Source: a virus
DNA length: 64,000 nucleotides
IMG/VR virus record: IMGVR_UViG_3300050821_004383
Span: 34,516 to 98,515 of that record
Strand: one strand, 5' to 3'
Part shown: piece after piece, positions 38,344-48,274 of the stretch
Layout of the letters: every line of letters begins with the position of its first letter
Numbering within the stretch: position 1 is the first letter of the stretch
Notes under the pieces: generated by a model
Seen by the model: the letters and a program-made list of their open reading frames with translations, nothing else
What the model was told of the DNA's origin: nothing
The model's database searches: none
Translations under genes and position numbers: made by a program

Positions 38344-38812
38344 TTTTAAAACAGCGGTTCAAAAGACCCTCGTTCACGAGGGCGGTTATGTCAACAACCC
38401 GCACGATAAGGGTGGGCCAACTAAGTACGGCATCACTCAAGCCGATATGCCGGGAGTTGATATCAGCGGGATTACTCCGGACCAAGCTATCGAGTATTAC
38501 CGAGAGCACTATTGGAAGCCCTTGTACTCTCAAATCAACGACCAGCTTATCGCAGAAAAACTGTTCGACCTCGGCGTGCTCTTCGGAACAAAGGTCGCAG
38601 TCAAAATTTTGCAAATCACCGTCGCAAAGGATATGAGCATCGTCTCGGACGGAGAATTTGGACCGACAACGCTGTCCGACTTGAATCAAGAAGGACCGGA
38701 CTTGCTCTCTCGTTACAAGACGGCCTTCATTCAGCACTGCATCAACATTGTGAACAACAACCCCGTAGATGGCGAGTTTGTCCACGGGTGGATTAACCGA
38801 ATCAACTCATGA
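38336..38812 (+). CDS. GH108 endolysin with PG_binding_3-type C-terminus
   Basis: HEGGYVNNPHDKGGPTKYGIT, DGEFGPTT, GWINRI. Confidence 0.9.
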   Translation: MADFKTAVQKTLVHEGGYVNNPHDKGGPTKYGITQADMPGVDISGITPDQAIEYYREHYWKPLYSQINDQLIAEKLFDLGVLFGTKVAVKILQITVAKDMSIVSDGEFGPTTLSDLNQEGPDLLSRYKTAFIQHCINIVNNNPVDGEFVHGWINRINS

Positions 38813-40414
38813 TAACAATGGGCCAGTCCTGGATGCGGTACATAAAGGCGTGGATACAAGGCCAGAAACACCCCGATACGCCGCGCATCGTCTTTGTGAA
38901 CGTGTACGAGTACGACCGGGTGCGCAAGGCGCTGCCTTCTCGTTGCACTATCTGCGACTTCGTTGTCTCCCGGGACGAACGGGCTGTGAGAGAGTTAGTT
39001 TTCATTTGCAAGGACAGCCAGTGTGATTGCAAGAAGATGTACGGCCCAATTAGCCACAAGGTCTGCAATCTCTGTTATGACATGTTTCACGCGCTGTACG
39101 TGAACTACGGTTTGAAGAGCATGAACTACTTCAAAGCAATAGACGAGAAGTTGAAGTCGGATTATGATGACTTCAAAAGGAGAGACAAGAGAACATGAGG
39201 AACAAACTCGGTACGATAGTATTCGCACAAGGCTGGCTGGAGGGTCAGATAGAGAGCATGGTAAGCAAGACCGACGGGACAAAGAACGAAGACCCAACCT
39301 CTCACCTTATCGCGACCCAGATGTTGGAACAGTGGAACATCATCAGTCAGTCTCTGGATGACTTGATTCGAGAAAAGAACAAGGTTGACACCGCGCTCTC
39401 GACTATCTTGAGCGGGGTAGAAATGTTGAAGGGATGAATCTCCGCTGGAACGGAACATACCGCCGCTTCGAGGCCGAGTTCAGCGCGGACTTCCAAGGAG
39501 ACCTCGCTGCCGTGAAGGCGGCAGGATTCCGAACTGACGGAGCACCTGAATGGATATGGTACACATACAAGGCTGGACCTCTTGGAAAATTAAGAGAGAA
39601 TCGCCCTCCTTCGGGACTCACTATTACCCCGGAGGCCAAGGAACAGTTTGTGTCTTTGTGGGCGGTGGAAGAGAAGAACGCGAAGCTGAAAGCAGAAATC
39701 GCGGAACACAACAAGACCCTCAAAAAGAAACTTAAAATTGCGGACCAGGATGCGAAAGCATCGGCTGGTCCCCAGATGAAGATGTGCTCGGAAGGCTATC
39801 TGTGCCTTTCGAAAGAAGACCTCCCCCTCGCCCCTCCCTTCGCTCAACCCCGCCCAGAGCCATCCCTGAAACCTAACGCGCCGAAGTGCATCATCTGCAC
39901 CGCCGCTGTCTATTTCTACGAAAAGTTGGACCCGCCGACTTGTTTATGGTGCGAGAAAATAGTGCTTGACAACGCTTCGGAAGTATGCTAGGGTAGTGAA
40001 GGATTGGAGGATTTATGAAACTACTTTCTGTTTTCGTGATTGCCTTGGCAGGAATTGTCGCACCCGCTCTGCTCAGCGCTTACCCGACCATGTGGTTTAT
40101 CAACTACGTGTTCGCGCCTTCTCTGTTGCTGTCCGTATTCGGGGTTTCTAAACTCGCGTTCTGGCAGGCATTCGGACTCAATATTTTGCTCGGTTGGCTG
40201 GGCGGAAGTAAGTCCAGTTATAAACCCGAATCCGAGTGAAGCACGATTGCCGATTAACGAGTAAGGACGGCGCGTACGTCTTCATCTGCTCTCGTTGCGG
40301 CGCTTGTTACGTGTGCCGTCACAAGGCGGTTCACTTCGCGGATGATGATAAGTGGATGTGGAAGTGTAGGGACGGAAAATTTCGAGAAGTCATAAACGAC
40401 GGGAGAATGAAATC

Positions 40415-40672
40415 ATGAGCAGAAAACCAAGCACAAGGAAACACGCGGACGGAAAATGGGGACTGTACGTCGGAGACATTCTTCTCGGCACAGCCAAATC
40501 GGAGACCCGCATTGAACTCGGGTTAAAGATTCTTGAAAGTGCCTTTTCTGACGTGTACGAAGACGCCCGTCGCGACGGGTACGACGAAGGGCATGCCGAC
40601 GGGTACGACGAAGGGCATGCCGAAGGGTACGACGAAGGATACTCAGATGGAGAATTTGCAGGCGGCAATTAA
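40415..40672 (+). CDS. protein with FliH/Yae1-like GxxxG repeats
   Basis: (D/E)GYDEG repeated three times, encoded by 24-bp tandem units at about 40574-40640. Confidence 0.6.
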   Translation: MSRKPSTRKHADGKWGLYVGDILLGTAKSETRIELGLKILESAFSDVYEDARRDGYDEGHADGYDEGHAEGYDEGYSDGEFAGGN

Positions 40673-41198
40673 TTTTAAGGAGAAAACATGAGCGATAAAC
40701 CACAACACAAGAACCGCCATCCTCAAAAGAAAGCGCCCGTACTCACGCCGGAAGAGCAGGCGAAGGTACTAGCGGCACGCGCGAAAGCCTTGGAGGAAGA
40801 GAAGGCGGAAAGACAGCGCATCGAACTTTACGGCAAGTCGGTAGAGAAGATGTCGCACCGCCAGCTTCGAGGCGAACTGACTCGCTTGATTAAGCGCGAA
40901 TACGCGGGCAAACCACCGGAGCCTCAAGCCGGGTTGAACATCTGTCTCGGTACCGTTTTCCTAGCCGTGCTGGATAACACCAAGACGGTTCGAGACAAGT
41001 ACACTCGCCCGGACCAGATTAACCCGTCCGGCAAGTTGATGTGGGCACCTCGGTAATGTTCGAACTTTTGCTCTGCCCCCAGCACGGACTGCCTGCTGTT
41101 TTGATGGCGTTCTTCACCGGGAGCAGCCCAGAAATTTTCTACTTGACAATCCAGTTGTATTATGCTAGGCTTTCTCAGTTGTTCAAATAAGGAGGAAT

Positions 41199-41459
41199 AT
41201 GGCAATCACTTTAACAGAACTGCAACGGCTTTTGCTCGGTATCGTCTCCTCGGTTGAGTCCGGCGTTACCACGCCAGCGGAGGCTGCAAACGAACTCGCT
41301 AATTTGAAGGCCCGCGCTGTGAGCGCCGGGTTGAAGTTCCACGCCGATTACACGGAGGACGACTTCCAAAAGATTCGAGAGAACTACGTCTCCATGTATG
41401 AGACGAGCACCCCGTACGTGGAAGAGTCGTACGAACAGTCTTACGAATCGAGCTACTAA
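41199..41459 (+). CDS. small protein with acidic Tyr/Ser-rich tail
   Basis: AAGGAGG RBS; promoter TTGACA-17-TAGGCT at 41143; tail YVSMYETSTPYVEESYEQSYESSY. Confidence 0.7.
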   Translation: MAITLTELQRLLLGIVSSVESGVTTPAEAANELANLKARAVSAGLKFHADYTEDDFQKIRENYVSMYETSTPYVEESYEQSYESSY

Positions 41460-42388
41460 TGCTGGTAATAGGCTCCCAAGCGATGCGCACCGGGCTAGAG
41501 AAGGTTGGGCTGGGACTCCGCAGAGTCCCGGCTGACCTGGATATCTTTGCTCGGGAAAACGAAGTGTTCAATGCCGCGAATTTCATGGGGCTTACTTACG
41601 AGAGCGTCAAACCGGACAAGGTTCTCTGCAAGGCCCCGGACAGCAAGATGGTCGAGTTTGAAATTGCGGGGAGCGGTAACTCTACCGACTTGTATATGCA
41701 GTGGGGCGAGAAGATGGCCGTGTTGGACCAGCAAGAATTTTACGGATTGAAGATTGACATCGCGCCGCTGGAAATGATTTACAGTTTGAAAAAGGCGCAC
41801 CGTCACTCGCCTCGCATGTTCTCCAAGAACAACGAGGACTATAATCTCCTCCGCGAACTGTTCGGCGGACGGGACATGTTCCCCCGCATCACAAAGATGC
41901 GATACCAGGAGACCGTAGACCGAGAGAAGTTGAAGACGCCGTCTCTGAACAAGTCCACGGCAGACTTCTTCGATGACCTAGTGTCGAACCGCACCTTCAT
42001 TCACGACCAGATTCACGAAGTTATGGCATTCGGGGAGCGCCCGATGTTCGAGAAAATCAAGATTGACCCGGACAAGGTCGCGTGCTCCCGGGAGAAGTTT
42101 TTCGCGTTAACTGAGACGCAACAGCGTCAGTGCGTGCAAGAAGAAGCGTATGTTATCGCGTTGGAACGTGCTATGATTCCGATGCTCTTCGAGGGCGAGA
42201 AGCTAGCGAATCCGTTCGAGGCGTACAAGTGGGCCGTGATGCGGATTTGTACCACGCTTTGTTCCGGATGGTTCCGGGAGTTTGCGGTAGAACATTACGC
42301 CAACATAATATTCTGGTACGACAAAGATTATGTGGAGAAGTTCCTGCGAGCCGTAGAGAGCGGACGCATTCAAAGGATACAAAAATGA
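41459..42388 (+). CDS. Pol-beta-superfamily nucleotidyltransferase-like protein
   Basis: LVIGS ... DLDI N-terminal motif; HDQIHE and EEAYVIALER helical C-terminal domain. Confidence 0.65.
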   Translation: MLVIGSQAMRTGLEKVGLGLRRVPADLDIFARENEVFNAANFMGLTYESVKPDKVLCKAPDSKMVEFEIAGSGNSTDLYMQWGEKMAVLDQQEFYGLKIDIAPLEMIYSLKKAHRHSPRMFSKNNEDYNLLRELFGGRDMFPRITKMRYQETVDREKLKTPSLNKSTADFFDDLVSNRTFIHDQIHEVMAFGERPMFEKIKIDPDKVACSREKFFALTETQQRQCVQEEAYVIALERAMIPMLFEGEKLANPFEAYKWAVMRICTTLCSGWFREFAVEHYANIIFWYDKDYVEKFLRAVESGRIQRIQK

Positions 42389-44004
42389 AAAACGTTTGGA
42401 GAACACTCGCGGTTCTAGCGGTCCTGGTTGGGGCATCGCTGATGCTTCCCGGCCCGAAGGCGCAAAGCGCCCAAGAAGTTGCGCCGTACGAGTTTGCTCA
42501 CATCCCGGTTGAGTTCCACGCGGTAGACGTGAAAGTCTACAAGGTTGTTCACCAGGGATGTGAAATTTTCGTTGCGACCAATGGCGCAATGGGGCATGAA
42601 GCCGCCTCGATTGCGATTGCGACTGGACGAGGCTGCAAGTGAGGAGCGAAAAGGGCCATCGCAACAGGAAGAATCCGGCCAGCTTGCTGATTCAACCGCC
42701 TCAACATGCACCGAAGGCAGAGAAGCAGTAATGAACGAGACCAAGAAATATTTGGTCGCGGGTATCCTCGTAGAGGCCGTCAAGAGTGAGGGAGGCGGCT
42801 TCTACGAGTTAACCGTACTGGCAACAGGACAGAAGCAGAGATACTTGGCGGACGTTTTTGAAATGGTTGCAAAACCAGTTTACAGCAAGACGGAGATAAA
42901 ATCATGAAAGCAGCGTGGTGGAACGGCGTATTCACAACACTCAGTCTTATAAACGTTGGATATTTCTTGCACACCATTTGGATTCATGACGTTAACGGAA
43001 TCCTTGCTAGTTTGATAATAGGATTCGCGTTGTTTTGCGCTCACTTTATTACTCTAGTGGAAATGAAGTGATTGTTGCCTTCCAACCCGGTGGCTCCGTT
43101 CGAGACGCTCGCGTCGTGTTGAAGCCGGACGAGCTAATTCCGAACCGATACAACGTCGCGGAGGCTATCGTGTACAAAGAGGACCCGGAGAATCCGCGCG
43201 TTTGGATTCTGGTGAAGCCGAAGTTTCAAGTTCTGCCGTCGGATTCTCCTCTCTTGTCGCAGCCGAAGTTACCAGAAGTCGATAACTTTTCCTTGACATT
43301 ACCGGAAACAGGTGATACGGTTTACGAGCATCAAGACATTATTCGATTCGAGGAACCAGATGAAACGACAAAATCTTGAATTAGAAATGAAGCTGATGCG
43401 AGTAGCCGAAGCCGAATACAAACGCCTTGTTCGAGAAATAGAAAAGGCGAAGCACTTGAGTGACGTTGAGTTCGTGAACCAGAACGCGAGGGGTAAATGA
43501 ACAAGGTTTACATCGTTATGGAGGGATGCAAGTACGAGGGGTGCGGCATCAACTCCGTCCACGCGTCCGAAGAGGGCGCTCTCTCAACGGCAAAAGCGAT
43601 TGTGGAAACGAGTAACTATCGAAATTACACGAAGGACGCGCAGCCGGATTCGGGTACCGTGTACAGTTGGTCAGACGAATCGGACATCTTGATTATCATC
43701 ACCCGGGAGGTGAAGCCGTGACAAAATCCGAAGCACAAAGGCGAATGAATGAACTCAACTGGTCCCGAGACCTTTTGATGGAAGAGATTCGACAACTGGA
43801 CCAACGTCTCAAACGAACCATCGAAGAAGGTCGAGAACTCCTGAAAGAGTACCCTACACTGAGTTTAAAAGCGCCCAAGCCTGTTGAACTTCCGTGTGGC
43901 TGTCCGAGTCCCGCGAAGTCTAAGTTTGATTTGTGTCCGCACCACCGCCGTATGTGCGGACTTTAGTTTTCTGCCGGGGGCGGCAGATATCAAAAGGAGG
44001 TAAT

Positions 44005-44748
44005 ATGAAAAAGTTGTATGCATTGTTTGCAGTTCTTGCCTTGCTTGTCGTGGGCGTCGTAATTGAAGCACAAGCTACCGGGTGTTTTCAACCACCCTCC
44101 ATACCTATCCAGAATCCATCGTTCGAACAAGTGAACACCGTTTATGGGGACCAAACTTGCGGTGAGAATTTCTTCGGCATAGTTGGTTGGAAATCGGAGT
44201 CGGACTCTAGTTATTGGTCCGGTAACTCAACGCTTAGACCATCGGGTAATCCAACAGGCAGTAATCCTTGCAGAGTTGCAACCCCTGTCCCGGACGGGGC
44301 AAACGCCGCTCAGTTATTGAATAACAGGATTCTCCAAGACTTGGGCGTGAAGTTTTCCGATATACAAAAGTCGCCCCAGGGCACTTGCTGCATCGACGGC
44401 CTCTACGTGATGAAATTTTCCCTGACGACCGTCTTTGGTCCTTACAGCGGCTACTATGAGGCCCACGTTTCTCTCGGGAACACGGACGCGAACGGCGTGA
44501 TTCACGTGGGGGAAGACTTGTGCTATACCACCGGATGGTCAACACAGAAGTGGAACCAAGTGATACTCACGTGCCCTGCGCCGGGTGGACTGATTGCTAA
44601 CCCGTGGCCGGGTCCTGCGGGCTTCGACCCGCGCGGCGGTCACGATGATGTTATTCTTTCTCTTTCCGAGGGGCCGGACGACCGAGGGCAGGTAGGCTGG
44701 CAACTTTTGTTTGATGATGTTTCTCTGACGTTTACACCACAGCAGTAA
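44005..44748 (+). CDS. secreted Cys-rich protein, carbohydrate-binding-module-like
   Basis: Signal peptide MKKLYALFAVLALLVVGVVIEAQA; IQNPSFE start and FDDVSLT end typical of CBM jelly-rolls. Confidence 0.7.
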   Translation: MKKLYALFAVLALLVVGVVIEAQATGCFQPPSIPIQNPSFEQVNTVYGDQTCGENFFGIVGWKSESDSSYWSGNSTLRPSGNPTGSNPCRVATPVPDGANAAQLLNNRILQDLGVKFSDIQKSPQGTCCIDGLYVMKFSLTTVFGPYSGYYEAHVSLGNTDANGVIHVGEDLCYTTGWSTQKWNQVILTCPAPGGLIANPWPGPAGFDPRGGHDDVILSLSEGPDDRGQVGWQLLFDDVSLTFTPQQ

Positions 44749-44764
44749 ATAAAAAGGGGGTAAT

Positions 44765-45232
44765 ATGAAAAAGCTGTACGCATTGCTCGCAACACTCGCC
44801 CTGCTCGTCGTGGGCGTATCAGCACAATCCACCAACACCGATACTTGGACGAACGTTCCGGGTTCGGGAACCTGTCAAACCACCGTCAAAGCGCCATCGT
44901 ACTACTGCTTTGTTTCGGTCAACGAAACAAGCGGCACGTCAACATTGTGGTTCTACGTGACGGTGCAGCCCGACGGGACGTTCACGAACGGGCAAATCAA
45001 CAAGAGTCCGCTGTACAATTATCCTCCCTCGTTCAACGCCGTCAACTGGACCGGGTCCTTCTTGAACAACACGTTCACGGGGACGTTCAGCGGGACGCAG
45101 CCTGATGGGACGCCGTTCACCGGGGACGCTACCGAAACGCTGGGTCTGGTGCGTCGTTGCGCGGGACGCTACGGTTGCCACTTTGTAACAGGGCCTGTTA
45201 GCGGAAGTGGAACAGCGACGTACGGGCAGTAA
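44765..45232 (+). CDS. secreted beta-rich protein
   Basis: Signal peptide MKKLYALLATLALLVVGVSA; Thr/Gly-rich with paired Cys. Confidence 0.7.
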   Translation: MKKLYALLATLALLVVGVSAQSTNTDTWTNVPGSGTCQTTVKAPSYYCFVSVNETSGTSTLWFYVTVQPDGTFTNGQINKSPLYNYPPSFNAVNWTGSFLNNTFTGTFSGTQPDGTPFTGDATETLGLVRRCAGRYGCHFVTGPVSGSGTATYGQ

Positions 45233-45239
45233 GCAGTCC

Positions 45240-45268
45240 GGGGGTCGAAGTTTGACCCCCTCATTTTT
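45240..45268 (+). terminator. intrinsic terminator
   Basis: GGGGGTC..GACCCCC stem followed by TCATTTTT. Confidence 0.65.
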
Positions 45269-45319
45269 CTCTTGACAAAATCTTGAAAGTGTGCGACACT
45301 TCCGGAATGGGAGAACGCG

Positions 45320-46219
45320 ATGAACTTTAAACAGCAGGCAGAAGTATTCATGACGGAGATTGCCAGCCGCAAGAGCGACCCCGTTCGCTCGAATACCCTG
45401 CACGTTTACCGTTCCCTTCTGGACGCCCGCATCTTACCCGCCATCGGTGGGGTAGAAATGGCGGACGTTAACAACAAGACCGCCAGGATGCTCGTGGGCC
45501 GTCTAACCGAGGCCCAACTGAGTCCCGCCACAATCAACTTGGCGGTTGCCTTGATGAAGCAGGTCGTCAAATCAGCCGTGGACGACGAAGGGGACCCGTT
45601 ATACCCTCGCACTTGGAATAGTCGTTTTATAGATGCTCCCCGGGTGGTCCCGGCGAAGCAGAAGACCCCTATTGCCCCGGTGGAGGCCCTTTCCAGGGCC
45701 GTAGGGACGACTTCCGGGGAAGTTAAGGCATTGGTAGCCCTTCTGGCTGGAACGGGCCTCAGAATTGGGGAAGCGCTGGCCTTGATGGTCGGACCAGACG
45801 ACGGAAAGAACTCATTCTGGATTCCAGAATCCGGAACGCTGATTATCCGCACCACGATGGTGGACGGGGTTATCCAGTTGGACACAAAGACCAAAGCAGG
45901 CACTCGTATCGTGGATTTAGACCCTAATCTCGCGTGGCTCCTCCGCGCGACATTCAGGGACCGCGAGTCCGGGGTGTTGTTTACAGCCTCGGAGAGTACA
46001 TTCCGCCGCTGCATGAAGGAGCACGGCATTTCTGGCTTCCACTCTATGCGCCGTTTTCGAATCACCTACCTGCAAAACAGTAGCGTACCAAATACTTTGG
46101 TGAAGTTTTGGGCGGGACACGCTGCTGGTGATATGACGGAGCGTTATACGAAATTTGGCGCTCAAATCGAAGAGAGAAAGAACTGGTCTGAAAAGGCCGG
46201 ATTGGGGTTTAGCCTATGA
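45320..46219 (+). CDS. int: tyrosine recombinase/integrase
   Basis: TGLRIGE (R), TKTK (K), FHSMRR (HxxR), WAGH, ERY (Y); own promoter TTGACA-17-GACACT at 45272. Confidence 0.9.
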   Translation: MNFKQQAEVFMTEIASRKSDPVRSNTLHVYRSLLDARILPAIGGVEMADVNNKTARMLVGRLTEAQLSPATINLAVALMKQVVKSAVDDEGDPLYPRTWNSRFIDAPRVVPAKQKTPIAPVEALSRAVGTTSGEVKALVALLAGTGLRIGEALALMVGPDDGKNSFWIPESGTLIIRTTMVDGVIQLDTKTKAGTRIVDLDPNLAWLLRATFRDRESGVLFTASESTFRRCMKEHGISGFHSMRRFRITYLQNSSVPNTLVKFWAGHAAGDMTERYTKFGAQIEERKNWSEKAGLGFSL

Positions 46220-46755
46220 GAACCGAGATATTCAGAGACACTAGTTTCAGGGATTTAACTGCTCGCATGGAGGCCATAATTGCAGTCCTTTTAGGACAAG
46301 GCAATGAGATTGTCGCAGTGACAACTACCTCCACGGCAGACTCGATGACAGTATCGTATTACGGCGCTATCTTTTACAGGAAGGCCGCATGAGGTTACCG
46401 CGCTGGCTACGACACTTCGGTGCAAAGTTCCTCGCGCTCCACGAAGAAGAATCGGGCGGCATGATGCACGATTACGCAAACGGTCAGTGGAATGAACTAA
46501 TGACCTGGACCGACGATAAGGGGCAAGCAGAGGCGTTAAGCATCGTGGACAGCATCTTCTCTGGCGCTAGGGATGCGATTTACATCGTTTGTATTCGAGT
46601 CGGACCCAGGAGGGGCTACTTCGTAGTTTACGATTCTAACTTGACGTATTATCACCGTTCGTTTTGGACGGGGATTTACGAGCCGGAAGAAGCATTCGAT
46701 GACGTTAGAGCATACTGTCGGCAAGTTGCAGACAAGATGGGATTCAGGAGGCCAG

Positions 46756-47577
46756 ATGAAGCGACTGACAATCAATATCCCGGGTGACCGTGGAAAGTTA
46801 TACGAAGTCATTCACTACCCGGCTGGGGAGATTCAGACCCGTCTGACTCCGGAAGGCATTCGTGCATGCGCTGACAAAGAGGAGTATGTCATTGTCGCGA
46901 ATCCGATTCCCGATATCATCGAACTAGCGCAGTTGAAGGATGCGCTGGATGCGGAGTCAACCGTATTTTACAGAAAGCTGGAACTGCCGTATCTCCCCTA
47001 CGCTCGGGCTGACCGCCGTTTTGTAAAAGGTGATTCGTTCGGACTGGCAGTCTTCGCGAGACTGATTAACTCGCTCCACTTTGACACCGTTACCACGTTT
47101 GATGTTCACTCGGCCTGTGCGGAGGTGCACATCAACAATCTTCTCAATCTCGACCCGATTCATCACTACGACCAGCTTACCGACTGCATCAAGTACCTCG
47201 GTGGACCAAACGGCGTCGTGTTAATAGCACCAGACAAGGGCGCGAAGAGACGATACGACTTGGAGAGTTACGGCTTGCAGGTCTTAGAGGGCGAGAAGGT
47301 CCGCGACCCGAAGACCGGGAAGTTGTCCGGATTCAAGATTGACAAGCGGGTTGCAGAGTACCCGTCCGGCCTTATCGTGGATGATATCTGCGACGGCGGC
47401 GGGACCTTCATCGGCCTGGGACAGGAGATTCGCAAACTGAATCCAAAGATGAACCTGGGGCTATACGTCTCCCACGGCATCTTCTCTCAAGGCACCGAAA
47501 AGCTGTATGAAATTTTCAACGCGGTGTTTATTTCGGACTTTTCGTTTATCGGGAATTATCCGTTCAAGAAAATTTAG
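46756..47577 (+). CDS. PRPP-synthetase-like protein (NARP1 Adps-like)
   Basis: PYLPYARADR, DVHS, APDKGA, IVDDICDGGGTF, VSHGIFS. Confidence 0.9.
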   Translation: MKRLTINIPGDRGKLYEVIHYPAGEIQTRLTPEGIRACADKEEYVIVANPIPDIIELAQLKDALDAESTVFYRKLELPYLPYARADRRFVKGDSFGLAVFARLINSLHFDTVTTFDVHSACAEVHINNLLNLDPIHHYDQLTDCIKYLGGPNGVVLIAPDKGAKRRYDLESYGLQVLEGEKVRDPKTGKLSGFKIDKRVAEYPSGLIVDDICDGGGTFIGLGQEIRKLNPKMNLGLYVSHGIFSQGTEKLYEIFNAVFISDFSFIGNYPFKKI

Positions 47578-48274
47578 AATGGGATTAACGAGAAAACGAA
47601 ATCGAATCAGCGGTGGATGCCCGGTCGGAATCGAGACCTGGACCGATATTTGGTTGTTGACAAACTTCCCCACTTTGTGGCATATTGCACATGGGATGGA
47701 ATACGAGATAAAGGAGAAATCATGAGCAAACTTAGCAAGACAGCAGCAGCCTCGATGCGCGGAGGACCAGTAGAGAAAAAGACTGACCCGTTCGACACGA
47801 ACGAGAAGAAAATCCAGGAGCTACGCAACCAGCGTGCAAACAAACTCGCCGTCAACCGATATGATTTCATCGACGCTTTGATTGAGGAGTACGATAAAAT
47901 GACGCTCGTCGCACTGGAAGCACTCAAGTCAAGACCGGAGGCAGTATGAACTTCGTTGAAAATTTCAAAGACGTGGAAGACATCGTGAGAAACTACGGCG
48001 GCACCTCTCAAGAGGACTTGGAAGGCGCTACGATTCATCTCGCGTGGTACGGCTACGGCTCGTACAGCGGCGATAGTTTCGTTCTCTACGAGAAGGGCGG
48101 CAAGCTGTTCGAGGTGAACGGGTCACACTGCTCTTGCTACGGCCTGGAAGGCCAGTGGGAACCGGAAGAAACTTCCCTGGCGGCGCTCGCAATGCGCGAC
48201 CTGTCCAGCGCCGAATACGAAGGGTCCTCGGACGCGCAGAAAATTTTGACGGCATTCATTAAGGGGAGGGCTTC

